Assembly: GCA_963823655.1 (NCBI GenBank)
Contig: CAWGMK010000004.1
Location: forward strand, 64,001-128,000
Direction of reading: 5' to 3'
DNA: 64,000 bases
From: an uncultured Bacillota bacterium
GTDB taxonomy: Bacteria; Bacillota; DTU025; MWDF01
Shown: positions 36,057 to 46,732 of the stretch, one piece after another
How the letters are laid out: the number at the start of each line of letters is the position of its first letter
Position numbering within the stretch: the first letter of the stretch is position 1
Made by a program: the position numbers and the translations under genes
Notes under the pieces: model-generated
Seen by the model: only the letters and a program-made list of their open reading frames with translations
Databases searched by the model: none
What the model was told of the DNA's origin: nothing

Positions 36057-37777
36057 GCAGCCTCCTCCCCCAGCTGGGACCTTACTATGTCCCTGTACAC
36101 GTCGCTGGAGCCAAGTAGCTGCCTGTGGGTGCCGTCGGCGACTACCCTGCCGTCTTCCAGCACAATTATCCTGTCTGCGTCCATTACCGAGCTTATCCTC
36201 TGGGCGATGACTATCGTCGTCATGCCGGCCCCGCTGCTCTTAAGCGCCGCCTGAAGCCTTTCCTCTGTCCCCATGTCGACGGCGCTGGTGCTGTCGTCCA
36301 GTATCAGTATCCTGGGCTTTCTGATAAGTGCCCGGGCTATTGCCAGCCTCTGCTTCTGCCCGCCCGAGAGGTTCACGCCCTTCTGGCCGACCTGGGTGTC
36401 GTAGCCCTTGCGGGAAGGCCGATATGAAGTTGTGGGCCTGGGCCGCCTTGGCAGCCTCAATAAGCTCCTCTTCCGTGGCATCTTCCTTGCCCCAGAGGAT
36501 GTTCTCGCGGATGCTTCCCGTGAAGAGCACGGAATCCTGCAGCACCATGCCGAGGGACTCCCTGAGCTCCAGCAGGTCCATGTCCCGCACATCAGTGCCA
36601 TCTATCAGCACTGAGCCTGCTGTCGGATCGTAGAAGCGCGGTATGAGGTTAACAAGGGTCGATTTGCCGGCTCCCGTGGAGCCTAGAATGGCCAGCGTCT
36701 GGCCCGGCAGCACGCTAAGTTCAATGTCCTTGAGCACAGGATCTCCCGCTGAGCCCTCGTAGTGGAAGCTCACTCCCCTGAAATCTATCCTGCCGCCTTT
36801 TACTTCGCCTTTGAGCCTCTAGGGCTTGCGATGCTTGAATCGACATCCAGCACTTCTGCTATCCTGTCGGCCGAAGCCTTCGCCCTTGATATCATCACCA
36901 TGAGGAATGCCACCATCTGCAGGGCGATGAGTATCTGGGTAATGTAGTTGATGAAGGCCATTACCTCGCCGACCGTCATCGTCCCTATGTTGACCTTGGC
37001 TCCGCCGAACCACAGGACGGCGACCAGGCTTATGTTCATCGTGATCATCATGACCGGAGTCGTCAGGCCGACGAGCCTTGTCGCCTTGAGCGCGATTTTG
37101 AACAGCTCCTCATTGGACTTGGCAAAGCGCGCCTTCTCGTAATCGGCCCTTACGAAGGCCTTCACTACCCTGACGCCGGCCAGGTTCTCCCTGGTAACGC
37201 TGTTCAATTTGTCGAGCTTCTTCTGCACGACGCCGAACATCGGGAAGCTCCTGCCCATTATCAGGGCAAGGGCGATGCCGAGCACCGGAAGGGATATGAG
37301 GAGGACTGAGGCGAGGCCTGCGTTTATCATGAGCGCCATCACGGCGCCGCCGATTGCAAGAAGAGGCGCCCGGACAAGCATCCTGAGGCTCATAAGGACT
37401 ATATGCTGGACCTGCGCCACGTCGTTTGTAAGGCGCGTGATCAATGACGCCGTCTTGAACTTGTCGAGCTCGGCGAACGAGTAGGACTGGACTTTCGAGA
37501 ACAGCTCGGCCCTTAAGTCCTTGCCGTAGCCCTGGGACGCTATGCAGGAGAATATGGTGGCGCCGGTGCCGCCCAGAAGGCCGATAATAGCAATTCCGAT
37601 CATCTTTGCGCCGACGGAGTAAACATAGGCAAGGTCGCGGTTTGCGACGCCTATGTCGATTATCTGTACCATCAGCCGCGGCTGCAGCAGGTCCGCCGCC
37701 ACTTCCAGCATCATCAGAAGCGGCCCCAGCACGATCGCCCACCAATACGGCTTTATGAATTTGAAAAGCTTCGACAA
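36053..37777 (-). CDS. Heterodimeric ABC exporter, degenerate-site subunit (frameshifts near 36410 and 36800)
   Basis: SLITRLTND, GSTGAGKS, LSGGQ, DDSTSAVD, IAQRI. Confidence 0.9.
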
Positions 37778-37820
37778 AACACCCGCCCCTTATGCAAACA
37801 ACTAAAATCCGCCTCGTTTA

Positions 37821-38279
37821 TTAGGCTTTTACATCAGACGCCGATTCCAGGCCTTCCTTCATGCTGGCGATAAGCCGCCTTAAGGTTAGGAGCTCCTCGT
37901 CGCTCAGGTTCCTGCAGGCGTCCTTCTCCACCATTTCGATGGTGTTCTTGACCACGGCCTTGACCGTGCCGCCCTTCTTGGTGAGATAGATGCGAAACAC
38001 CCTCAGGTCCTTGGTGTCAGGAATCTTTTCTATCAGGCCCGCCTTCTGAAGCCTTCTGAGCATGATGGTCACCGAAGCCGGCTTCAGGTTCATCTTCTCG
38101 CCCAGGCTCTTCTGTGTCATGCCCTCGTCCTTGAATATGGTAAAGAGCATGGGGGCCTGGCCCGGGTGCACGCCGTGCCCTTCAAGCAGCTTCTGAATCC
38201 TCGCCCGCTTGGCCTTCATAAGTCCGCCTATTAGGGAGATAATGCCCTCTTCCCTTCCCATGTGCCACCTCCGAAACAT
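37821..38279 (-). CDS. MarR-family regulator
   Basis: GQAPML, MTQKSLG, PASVT.ML.RL, D.KDLR.FRIYLT.KG. Confidence 0.92.
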   Translation of the reverse strand: MFRRWHMGREEGIISLIGGLMKAKRARIQKLLEGHGVHPGQAPMLFTIFKDEGMTQKSLGEKMNLKPASVTIMLRRLQKAGLIEKIPDTKDLRVFRIYLTKKGGTVKAVVKNTIEMVEKDACRNLSDEELLTLRRLIASMKEGLESASDVKA

Positions 38280-38329
38280 TTAGACGTGTAACTAAAATAA
38301 ATTATATGCCTTATCGGCACCTCGTGCAA
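38279..38329 (-). promoter_or_regulatory. Sigma-A promoter with downstream palindromic operator for marR-ABC module 1
   Basis: TTGCAC-17 nt-TATAAT (38329 to 38301); TTTAG-N8-CTAAA at 38279-38296. Confidence 0.7.
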
Positions 38330-38333
38330 AGCA

Positions 38334-38357
38334 GAAGGCCCCCTTAAGGAGGCCTTC
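38334..38357 (-). terminator. Hairpin downstream of the resolvase-like gene
   Basis: GAAGGCC / GGCCTTC inverted repeat. Confidence 0.55.
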
Positions 38358-38402
38358 CGGGTGATTTTGCGGTACGAAATTCGATACAAAGGCAAGTCTA
38401 GA

Positions 38403-38861
38403 TCAAAAACCCCTTGTCCCTGCCTTTTTGCTGCGCTTTTTGGCAGCTTCTATGTAATCCTTCTGCCAGTCGCCCATGGCCTGCTTGTCGATCTCCAGCA
38501 GGGCCGAGAACACTTTCCATATCGATCTGCCCTCTTCATTGGTCGTGTCGATCTCCTCCTTGAAGGAGACGATGTCGACATCCTTCAACCTTAAAGCCTC
38601 TATGATCTGGAGCAGGTCCCTGGTTGACTTGGCAAGCCTGGTTATAGACTCCACATAAAGGACGTCGCCCTTTTTCAGGGCTGTCATCATCTTGTAGAAC
38701 TCGGGCCTGCTCGTATCCTTTTCGCCGCCCTCGTCCGCAAAGAGGGCCTCAACTAGCGGTCGGATGGCCTCCTCCTGCCGGTCTGCGACAGATTCTGCAG
38801 TAAGAACGCGTATGTAGCCGACTTTGGCCAAATTTGCCTGCCTCCCCTCATGCTTTGACAA
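38403..38861 (-). CDS. Serine recombinase (resolvase) catalytic-domain-only protein, degenerate active site
   Basis: GYIRVLT, RPEF..MM, GDVLYVESITRLAKST.DL, EEIDTT...GR; no C-terminal HTH. Confidence 0.8.
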   Translation of the reverse strand: MSKHEGRQANLAKVGYIRVLTAESVADRQEEAIRPLVEALFADEGGEKDTSRPEFYKMMTALKKGDVLYVESITRLAKSTRDLLQIIEALRLKDVDIVSFKEEIDTTNEEGRSIWKVFSALLEIDKQAMGDWQKDYIEAAKKRSKKAGTRGF

Positions 38862-38879
38862 ATAACTCCACTGAAGACG

Positions 38880-39723
38880 CTATTTGGATGAAGTCCTGAC
38901 CCGCCTCCACCTTCTCGCGATGAATGCTGTCGAAATCCCTCGCGGGACTATTGAGCTTGCGACGCGCACCAGCTTGTTCAAAGCGCCGGGCACTACGACC
39001 GTCTTCCCTCTTATGGCGGCTTCAACCGCAACATATGCCGCGCGTCCGACCTCCGTCATAGTGGCTGCTCCCCAGAATCCCTGGACGCGGATCCTCTCCA
39101 CCGTGCCCGGGTTCGTAGGAATGCCGGCGGGGCAGAACGCCGTCACGGTGACGCCGCTGCCTTTCATCTCGGCCGCCACCGCCTGGGAAAGGTTCAGAAG
39201 ATACCTCTTGGAGGATGAGTAGGCCGCTTTGAACGGCATGGGGTTGAAGGCGGCCATGCTGGACATGTTGAGTATGAAGAGCCTGGTATCGTTCTTTGTG
39301 CGCGGCAATGGCCGATCTCATCAAATCGGTAGTGACAATTACATTTATCCTGAGTATGGAAAGAAGGCTCTCCCTTGGTATGTCGGCGAGCCTGCCCTCG
39401 GATTCGGTGCCCGCGCAGTTCACAAGCCCGGAAAGCTCCCATCTGCCGGCCTCGATGTCTTTGCAAAGGCCTGCTCTTTGTACATCGTCCGACAGGTCCA
39501 TAGCCAATGTCTCGCAATTGACGCCGTGCATGCACTTCAAGCCGTCCGCGATGCTGCAAAGCCTGCCCTCGTCCAGGTCCAGGAGCACGATATCATAGCC
39601 TCTTGAAGCCAGCTCGTGGCACAATGGCCTGCCAAGCCCCCCGGCCGCTCCCGTTACGAGAACAAAGCCCAAAAGCACCACCCCCATAAGAGAGATAGGT
39701 AAGCTAAGTTTGTCGAGCGGCAT
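38880..39723 (-). CDS. Short-chain dehydrogenase/reductase (frameshift near 39305; start uncertain)
   Basis: VTGAAGGLG, VNCAG, NMSS, YSSSK. Confidence 0.85.
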
Positions 39724-39798
39724 GCTCGATTACTTTTCAGCACAATGATAGCATATAGGCAGATGGCAGGGCCCGTAACTCAAATGCGGGAGGCTAAC

Positions 39799-40695
39799 AT
39801 GTCAGCAGCTTATTCGCCAAATACCATAGTCGTAACAGGAGCGACGTCAGGCTTAGGAAGGGCCGCGGCAATGGCGCTTGCCGCTCGGGGCATCCATGTA
39901 ATCGGCACAGGCAGGAGCCCCGAAAAGATGGCAGAGCTTAGAAGCGCAATACTTGGTGCCAATCCGGGCGCAAGATTCGATGGGCTGATCGCCGACTTCG
40001 CGTCTTTGAAGGAAGTCAGAAGGCTCGCCGATGAAATCAGCGAGCTGGTTAAAAGAGAGAGCGGGGGCAAGCTCGACTGCCTGATGAACATCGCCGGCGC
40101 GTTCTCGGGATGGCAGCAGACGACTGCAGAAGGTTATGAAATGCAGTTTGCGGTAAACCACCTCGCCCCGTTCCTGCTTACAAACCTGTTGAAGCCCCTG
40201 CTTTGCGGCGATCACGCATCAAGGGTAATTACAATGAGCTCGAAGTCCCATTACCACGCCTGGATGAGATGGGACGATCTTATGCAAAGCAGGCGTTACA
40301 TCCACCTTTTCGCCTATATGCAGTCGAAGCTGGCGAATGTGCTCTTCAGCTATGGCCTGAACGACAGGTTCAAATCCGAGGGCGGCTTCAGGGCCTATGC
40401 CGTCTCCCCACGCCTTGTGGATACGGAAATCGGGTCTAAGTCCTCGATGGGCCTTGCCGGCTTCGTATGGAAGCTTAGGGGCAGAGGGGGCCGCACGGCC
40501 GAGGAAGGCGCCCGCACCTGCATAATGCTTGCAACCGAGAGCGAGCTGGCATGCCCTGATGAGGTCTACTGGCAGGATGATGCGCCTTGCCGTCACAGCA
40601 GAAGGTCCAAGGACAGGGCGGATGCCGACAGGCTGTGGGACATTTCCGCAAAGCTCGTAGGTTGGACCCAAGTAAGCTCGTTGTTAGGGCATTAG
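39799..40695 (+). CDS. Short-chain dehydrogenase (retinol dehydrogenase-like)
   Basis: TGATSGLG, FAVNHLAPFLLT, YMQSKLAN, RLWDIS. Confidence 0.9.
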   Translation: MSAAYSPNTIVVTGATSGLGRAAAMALAARGIHVIGTGRSPEKMAELRSAILGANPGARFDGLIADFASLKEVRRLADEISELVKRESGGKLDCLMNIAGAFSGWQQTTAEGYEMQFAVNHLAPFLLTNLLKPLLCGDHASRVITMSSKSHYHAWMRWDDLMQSRRYIHLFAYMQSKLANVLFSYGLNDRFKSEGGFRAYAVSPRLVDTEIGSKSSMGLAGFVWKLRGRGGRTAEEGARTCIMLATESELACPDEVYWQDDAPCRHSRRSKDRADADRLWDISAKLVGWTQVSSLLGH

Positions 40696-40701
40696 CAGCG
40701 C

Positions 40702-40735
40702 AGCTCCCGGATTTGCAGATCCGGGGAGCTTCTTT
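40702..40735 (+). repeat. Repeated terminator hairpin, copy 1
   Basis: AGCTCCCGGAT / ATCCGGGGAGCT + TCTTT; homologous to 41599-41636 and 42500-42538. Confidence 0.8.
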
Positions 40736-40866
40736 GCGGCACTAGCTTGATTCCATGTCTTCGAATAGTGAAATTATTGCACACTGAATGAAGGTTTTAC
40801 GGATAGATGCGACTTAGAAAGCAACCATCATAGAGTATTCTGCTTATATGAGGAGGCGTACTGGAT

Positions 40867-41572
40867 TTGAAGATCAAGGACAGCATTTTGGCAGCAGTTG
40901 TGTCGTTTTGGCCCTCGCGATGGTCCTTTCCGGCTGTGAGGGAAGCTACTTCTTCAGCTTCAAGGTCGAGCAGGACCTTGTAAATGAGGCAAGGGGCATG
41001 GTATGCGGTTGGAGAGGAGGACGATGAGTACTACTTCCAGACAGGAGGGCGCGAATTTCCGCAATTCATGCTTCACGGCTCCCTTAAGAGTTCAGCGGAG
41101 ATTTCACAATGACCGTCGAAGTTCAGACTCATTGCCGACCTCACGCACAAATATAATTTCGGCATAGTGCTAAGCGACACGCTATTACTATGAGCTTGGA
41201 CCGACAAGAACAAGCTGACGCTTGAAGTATATAACGGCGGCGGCACGGATACCTACAGCGTGAAAGACGCCAACGACGATGGCTGGACGAACATCCATAG
41301 CTAGAAGAAGCCGCATTGGTTCCCGGCCTTGTCTATGACGGAGACAACACTTTCGTGCTTACCAAGACGGGAGATCATATCCATATGGAGATCAACGATG
41401 TCCAAGCCGCCGACTACGATTATACGAATCTACAATTCGAGGTGGTTCATCCCGACCGTGTTCGCTTATGCCCTGGATAGCCCACGATACGGCATACGGC
41501 TTTACGCTTGAAAGCGTAGAAGTGGAATATAAAGGGTCCTCTTCGAAAGCGCCGGCACCTCCTACCCCATAG
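40867..41572 (+). CDS. Lipoprotein paralogue, heavily frameshifted (consensus artefact or pseudogene)
   Basis: GAGGAGG + TTG, lipobox LSGC, SYFFSFK, FSGDFTMTV, YNSRWFIPTVFAY; co-linear with 41766-42464. Confidence 0.6.
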
Positions 41573-41598
41573 CCCCTGTTATTAGCGCGATTAGCGGC

Positions 41599-41636
41599 GA
41601 AGCTCCCCGGATTTTGATGATCCGGGGAGCTTCTTT
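41599..41636 (+). repeat. Repeated terminator hairpin, copy 2
   Basis: GAAGCTCCCCGGAT / ATCCGGGGAGCTTC perfect 14-bp stem + TTT. Confidence 0.85.
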
Positions 41637-41765
41637 ATTGCGCCCACGCTAATTCCATTTACTTCTTTTCCAGCAAAATTCTGCACGCTCCTTGAAGGAG
41701 TCGGGAGCATGCGCTTTGAATAAATCTTTTAATGGCATATTCTGCGATATAAGGAGGGTACGGAT

Positions 41766-42464
41766 TTGAAGCCGGGACGCATCTTCGCATTTATGCTCGT
41801 ATTGGCGATCACGCTGATCCTTGCCGGCTGTAAGAGGAGCTATTTCTTCAGCTTCAAGGCGGAGCAGAGACCTTGTAAACAGCAACGGGGCATGGTATGC
41901 GTCGGTGAAGAGGACGATGAGTACTTCTTCCAGGCAGAAGGGGCCAATTTCCGGATACATGCTTCACGCGCCCCTAAGAGGTTCAGCGGGGATTTCACAA
42001 TGACAGTCAAGTTCAGGCTCTTTGCGGACCTCACGCACAGATATAGTTTCGGCGTAGCATTAAGCGACGGTTACTTCTATGAGCGGTGACTCAGAACAAC
42101 CTGGTATGGGACGTCAGCAATGCCGGAGCAGAGGATGACTACAATGTCGAAGATCAGGAACGATCACGGCGGCTACGAAAATGTACAGCCAGGAAAAGGC
42201 CCCTGTGCCGGGCCTTGTCGAAGACGGCTACAACGAGTTCGTGCTGACTAAGACCGGCGATTCACATATCCATATGGAGATCAATGGTGAATTGATGGCC
42301 GCCGAATTCGATGTCGAATACTAGAATCTAGATGGTTCATACCCACCATTTACGCCTAGCCTCTGGATATGTCCATACCAGCCTACGGCTTTACTCTGGA
42401 AAGCGTGAGGGTGGATTACAACGGGTCTATTATGAATTCGCCCCCGCCGCCTGTACTGCCATAG
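41766..42464 (+). CDS. Lipoprotein paralogue, heavily frameshifted (consensus artefact or pseudogene)
   Basis: AAGGAGG + TTG, lipobox LAGC, APKRFSGDFTMTVKFRL, C-terminal GFTLESVRVDYNGS. Confidence 0.65.
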
Positions 42465-42499
42465 CATAATCCTTAGCAGGAGACTGAAGCATATAGCAG

Positions 42500-42538
42500 A
42501 GGGCCCCGGATCTATGAAATCCGGGGCCCTTATTCTTT
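42500..42538. repeat. Repeated terminator hairpin, copy 3 (between convergent genes)
   Basis: AGGGCCCCGGAT / ATCCGGGGCCCT; shares the CCCGGAT...ATCCGGGG core. Confidence 0.8.
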
Positions 42539-42553
42539 ATCTGATAGTGCTAT

Positions 42554-44458
42554 TTATGCCGCCAGGCCGGTCTCGAACTGGCTGTTATACAACTTAGCGT
42601 AGAAGCCGCCGCGCTTTAGAAGCTCCTCATGGCAGCCCTGCTCAACGATGTCGCCGTTGTCCATGACGAGGATGAGGTCCGCGTCCTTGATGGTCGACAG
42701 CCTGTGGGCGATTATAAAGCTCGTCCTGCCGTGCATGAGGTTCTCCATCGCCTTCTGTATGAGGACCTCGGTGCGGGTGTCTACCGAGCTTGTGGCCTCG
42801 TCCAGTATCAGTATCCTGGGGTCGGCGAGTATTGCCCTTGCAATGGTCAGCAGCTGCTTCTCGCCCTGGCTCACATTGCTGGCCTCCTCATTGAGGACCA
42901 TGTTGTAGCCGTCGGGAAGCGTCTTTACGAACCTGTGTACATGGGCGGCCTTCGCGGCCTCCTTGACCTGTTCGTCCGTTGCTTCCTGCCTGCCGTAGCG
43001 GATGTTCTCCATGATGCTGCCGTTGAACAGCCATGTGTCCTGCAGCACCATGCCGAACTCGCGCCTGAGCTCGTCGCGCCTGTAGTCTCTTATGTCCTTG
43101 CCGTCGACGAGGATCCTTCCGCTTTCCACATCGTAGAAGCGCATCAGAAGCTTCACCATGGTGGTCTTTCCGGCGCCTGTGGGCCCTACGATTGCTACGC
43201 GCTGGCCGGGCCTTATGAATGCGTTGAAGTCGTTTATTATCGTCTTGCCGGGCTCGTAGCCGAAGTGCACGTGGTCGAAGACGACCTCGCCATCGATGTT
43301 CTCCGCGCTGACGGGCTGTTCAATGTCTGCCACTTCCTCGGGCTCCTCCATGAACTCGAACACCCTCTCGGCGGCAGCTGCCGTCGATTGCAGGATGTTT
43401 GCCGTCTGCGCCGCCTGCGCGATGGGCTGCGTGAACGAGCGGACGTACTGCACGAATGCCAATATGTCGCCCACTTGTATGGCCTTCCTTATTGCTAGGT
43501 AGCCGCCCATTATCGCAATCAGCACATAGCCGATGTTGCCAATAAAGGAGATTATCGGGAACATCATGCCTGATAGGAACTGCGACTTCCAGGCCGAGCC
43601 GTAGAGCTTGTTGTTTACGGAGTCGAAGTCCGCAACCGTCCGCTCCTCGGCGTTGAAGGCCTTCATGATCCTGTGCCCGCCGTAGACCTCCTCCACCTTG
43701 CCGTTAAGATGCCCTAAGAACTCCTGCTGCATCTTGAAGTACTTCTGCGACTGCTTGATGATGACAACCATGAATATCGCGGACATGGGCATTATGACGA
43801 TGGATGCCGCAGTCATCGTAAGGCTTATCGAGATCATCATCACAAGCACGCCTATTAGCGTTGTGATCGAGGTTACTATCTGCGACATGCTCTGGTTCAG
43901 CGTCTGGCTTACCGTATCAACGTCGTTGGTCACCCTGGACAGCACTTCGCCGTGCGTGGTCCCGTCGAAGTACTTCACAGGCAGCCTGTTGATCTTCTCG
44001 GAGATGCCCCGCCTGAGGTTATAGGATATCTTCTGTGCGACTCCTGCCATTATGTAGCTTTGTATGAAGGAGAAGATCGCGCTTATCGCATACAGGCCTA
44101 TCAGGTTGAGCAGTATCCTGCCTATGCCTGAAAAGTCTATCGATGCCCCTTCTACGCCGGTCAGCTTCGCCATCGCGCCTTCGAAGAGCTTGGTGGTGGC
44201 ATTGCCCAGTATCTTGGGGCCGATTATTGAGAATACCGCGCTGCCTATTGCGAACAGCAGCACTACGGCGATAATTATCTTGTAGGGCTTTAGCAGGTTC
44301 AGGATCTTCTTCCAGGTGCCTTTGAAGTCCTTGGCCTTGCCTACTGCCATCCCACCCATATGTCCGCCGCCCATGGGCCCTCCGCCCATCGGGCCGCCTC
44401 TGAAGCCTGGCTGCTGGCCCGGCTTGAATTCCTTGTTCTCCGTCTTTATATCGCTCAT
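42554..44458 (-). CDS. Heterodimeric ABC exporter, consensus-site subunit
   Basis: GPTGAGKT, VSQGE, DEATSSVD, IAHRL. Confidence 0.93.
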   Translation of the reverse strand: MSDIKTENKEFKPGQQPGFRGGPMGGGPMGGGHMGGMAVGKAKDFKGTWKKILNLLKPYKIIIAVVLLFAIGSAVFSIIGPKILGNATTKLFEGAMAKLTGVEGASIDFSGIGRILLNLIGLYAISAIFSFIQSYIMAGVAQKISYNLRRGISEKINRLPVKYFDGTTHGEVLSRVTNDVDTVSQTLNQSMSQIVTSITTLIGVLVMMISISLTMTAASIVIMPMSAIFMVVIIKQSQKYFKMQQEFLGHLNGKVEEVYGGHRIMKAFNAEERTVADFDSVNNKLYGSAWKSQFLSGMMFPIISFIGNIGYVLIAIMGGYLAIRKAIQVGDILAFVQYVRSFTQPIAQAAQTANILQSTAAAAERVFEFMEEPEEVADIEQPVSAENIDGEVVFDHVHFGYEPGKTIINDFNAFIRPGQRVAIVGPTGAGKTTMVKLLMRFYDVESGRILVDGKDIRDYRRDELRREFGMVLQDTWLFNGSIMENIRYGRQEATDEQVKEAAKAAHVHRFVKTLPDGYNMVLNEEASNVSQGEKQLLTIARAILADPRILILDEATSSVDTRTEVLIQKAMENLMHGRTSFIIAHRLSTIKDADLILVMDNGDIVEQGCHEELLKRGGFYAKLYNSQFETGLAA

Positions 44459-46689
44459 CTGCCCAACTCCTCCACAGAAAGCTGCGACAGAGCTATCTGC
44501 CTGTATACCTCGCAGCTGTTTATAAGCTCTTCGTGCTTTCCTACGCCGACTATCTCGCCCTCGTCGAGCACCACTATCTTGTCCGCGTGCATTATGGTGC
44601 CTATGCGCTGGGCAACGATTAGTATCGTGGCGCCGCTTGTCTTCAAAGAGAGCGCCTTCCTGAGCTCGGCGTCGGTCCTGAAGTCGAGCGCTGAGAAGGT
44701 GTCGTCGAAGATGTAGATCTCAGGCTTCTTCACAAGGGCCCTTGCGATGGACAGCCTCTGCTTCTGGCCGCCCGACACGTTGGTGCCGCCCTGTGAGATC
44801 TCGGAGCCGAAGCCCTCGGGCTTCTCCTTGATGAAGTCTATTGCCTGCGCCGTCTCGGCGGCTTCGACGAGATCCTCATCTGTAGCCTCCTCGCGCCCGT
44901 ACCTTAGGTTGCTATCTATGGTTCCTGAGAACAGGATGCCGCGCTGGGGCACATATCCAATCCTCTCCCTTAGGTCGTGCTGGCTCATGCGCCTTATGTC
45001 GACGCCGTCTATGAGCAGCTCGCCCTCGCTTACGTCGAAGAAGCGGGGTATGAGGTTTACGAGGGTGGACTTGCCGCTGCCGGTGCCGCCGACTACTGCC
45101 GTCGTCTTGCCGGGCTCAGCGGTGAAGTTGATGCCGCAGAGGACGTAATCCTCGGCGTCAGGATATTTGAAGGAGACGTCCCTGAACTCGACTTTGCCCT
45201 TGAGCTTGCCGTCGAGCTTGACCGGGGACGGGTCGTCTTTTATCGACACATCCGTGCGAAGAACCTCGCCTACGCGCTGCAAGGAGACGGAGGCCCTGGG
45301 TATCATGATTGAGACTGCAGAGATCATCAGGAACGCCATTATTATCTGCATGGCGTACTGTATGAAGGCCATCATGCTGCCGATTTGCATGCCGCTCTCG
45401 TCTATCTGGTGCGCGCCGACCCAGACGATGAGTATGGCTATGCCGTTCATCATTAGCATCATGACGGGCATCATAAGGCCCATCATGCGGTTGACGAAGA
45501 GGCTTGTGCCGGTGAGGTCCTTGTTGACCGAGTCGAACCTGGCCTCCTCATGCCTCTGCTTGCTAAACGCCCTTATAACAGGCAGGCCGGTCAGGGCTTC
45601 GCGGGTTACGAGGTTTAGCTTGTCGATTAACTTCTGCACCTTCTTGAACTTGGGCATAGCCACCAGGAACAGGGTCAGGACCACTACTGAGATCACGGAC
45701 ACGGCAAGGACTATTATCCAGCTCATGTTCGTATCGGTGTTCATGACCTTGATGACGCCGCCGATGCCTAGTATCGGGGCGTAGATGACTATCCTGAAGA
45801 GCATCATGGTGAGCATCTGTATCTGCTGTATGTCGTTGGTTGTGCGGGTTATGAGCGACGCGGTGGAGTACTTGTCCATCTCCACATTGGAGAAGGCGAC
45901 GACCTTGCCGAATACGTCGGCCCTGAGGGATCTTGAGAGGGATGCCGCCACCTGGGCGCCGAGGTAGCCGACGATGACCGCAGCCAGCATGCTTATCATG
46001 GCGATGAGCAGCATGTTGAGGCCGGCTTTGATTATATAGTCGGTCTGGGCCTTGGCGACGTCTATGCCAATGGCCTCATACTCGCCTTTTATAAAGAGGG
46101 GGGCGGACTGGGTTACGATGCTTGCGGGCATGGCGGCGAAACGCTCGTCCATCTGCGCTATCATGCCGGCCCTCTGGGCTTCGGGCATCATGCCGATGAG
46201 CATGTAAGGGTCGATGCCAGGGGGTATGGGCGGCAGCGAAGTGCCGGGGGTCGCAAGGCTTGCCAGGCCTCCCTTGTTTATCATGGCCATCACAAGAAGC
46301 GGCCTGCCCAATGTCGTATTGAGCTTGTCCATCTCCTCTTCGGTGGTGGCTTTCAGCTCATATAATGGCACGTCGTTGATGAGCGGATACTTCTTGGCGT
46401 AATCCTCAAGCTCATCCGAGCTCATTGCTGCTTTGTCCAGGAGATTATAGAAGGACAGGACATAGTCCTTGCTCTCCCCGCTCATGAAGAGGGCGGCCTT
46501 GTCCAGCTCGGCCTTCCTTATTGCCTTGGGGACGGCGTTTTCTATGCCCTCCTGCTGTATGCCTACGTTTATGATCCTTGCCATGTAGTCGGGCAGGGCA
46601 AGGTCGCTGTTGGCCTGCACGAAAAGCAGGGCAACGATGATGAGTATCTTGAGCGCGTGCGGCTTCATGTATTTTAGAATTCTAAGCAT
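44455..46689 (-). CDS. Heterodimeric ABC exporter, degenerate-site subunit with enlarged first extracellular loop
   Basis: GGTGSGKS, VSGGQ, DDTFSALD, VAQRI; long insert after TM1. Confidence 0.93.
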   Translation of the reverse strand: MLRILKYMKPHALKILIIVALLFVQANSDLALPDYMARIINVGIQQEGIENAVPKAIRKAELDKAALFMSGESKDYVLSFYNLLDKAAMSSDELEDYAKKYPLINDVPLYELKATTEEEMDKLNTTLGRPLLVMAMINKGGLASLATPGTSLPPIPPGIDPYMLIGMMPEAQRAGMIAQMDERFAAMPASIVTQSAPLFIKGEYEAIGIDVAKAQTDYIIKAGLNMLLIAMISMLAAVIVGYLGAQVAASLSRSLRADVFGKVVAFSNVEMDKYSTASLITRTTNDIQQIQMLTMMLFRIVIYAPILGIGGVIKVMNTDTNMSWIIVLAVSVISVVVLTLFLVAMPKFKKVQKLIDKLNLVTREALTGLPVIRAFSKQRHEEARFDSVNKDLTGTSLFVNRMMGLMMPVMMLMMNGIAILIVWVGAHQIDESGMQIGSMMAFIQYAMQIIMAFLMISAVSIMIPRASVSLQRVGEVLRTDVSIKDDPSPVKLDGKLKGKVEFRDVSFKYPDAEDYVLCGINFTAEPGKTTAVVGGTGSGKSTLVNLIPRFFDVSEGELLIDGVDIRRMSQHDLRERIGYVPQRGILFSGTIDSNLRYGREEATDEDLVEAAETAQAIDFIKEKPEGFGSEISQGGTNVSGGQKQRLSIARALVKKPEIYIFDDTFSALDFRTDAELRKALSLKTSGATILIVAQRIGTIMHADKIVVLDEGEIVGVGKHEELINSCEVYRQIALSQLSVEELGR

Positions 46690-46732
46690 TCGTCCTCCAG
46701 ATGTCCCTAGATTTTGGCGGTGTAATAATCGT

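Noticed and set aside
40867-42464. Diversity-generating retroelement (TR/VR pair) or integron cassettes
   Set aside because: Differences between copies are not adenine-specific and include indels; no reverse transcriptase or integron integrase; hairpins lack attC RYYYAAC/GTTRRRY ends and look like terminators.
40702-42538. CRISPR array
   Set aside because: Only three imperfect repeats about 900 bp apart with genes between them; no cas genes.
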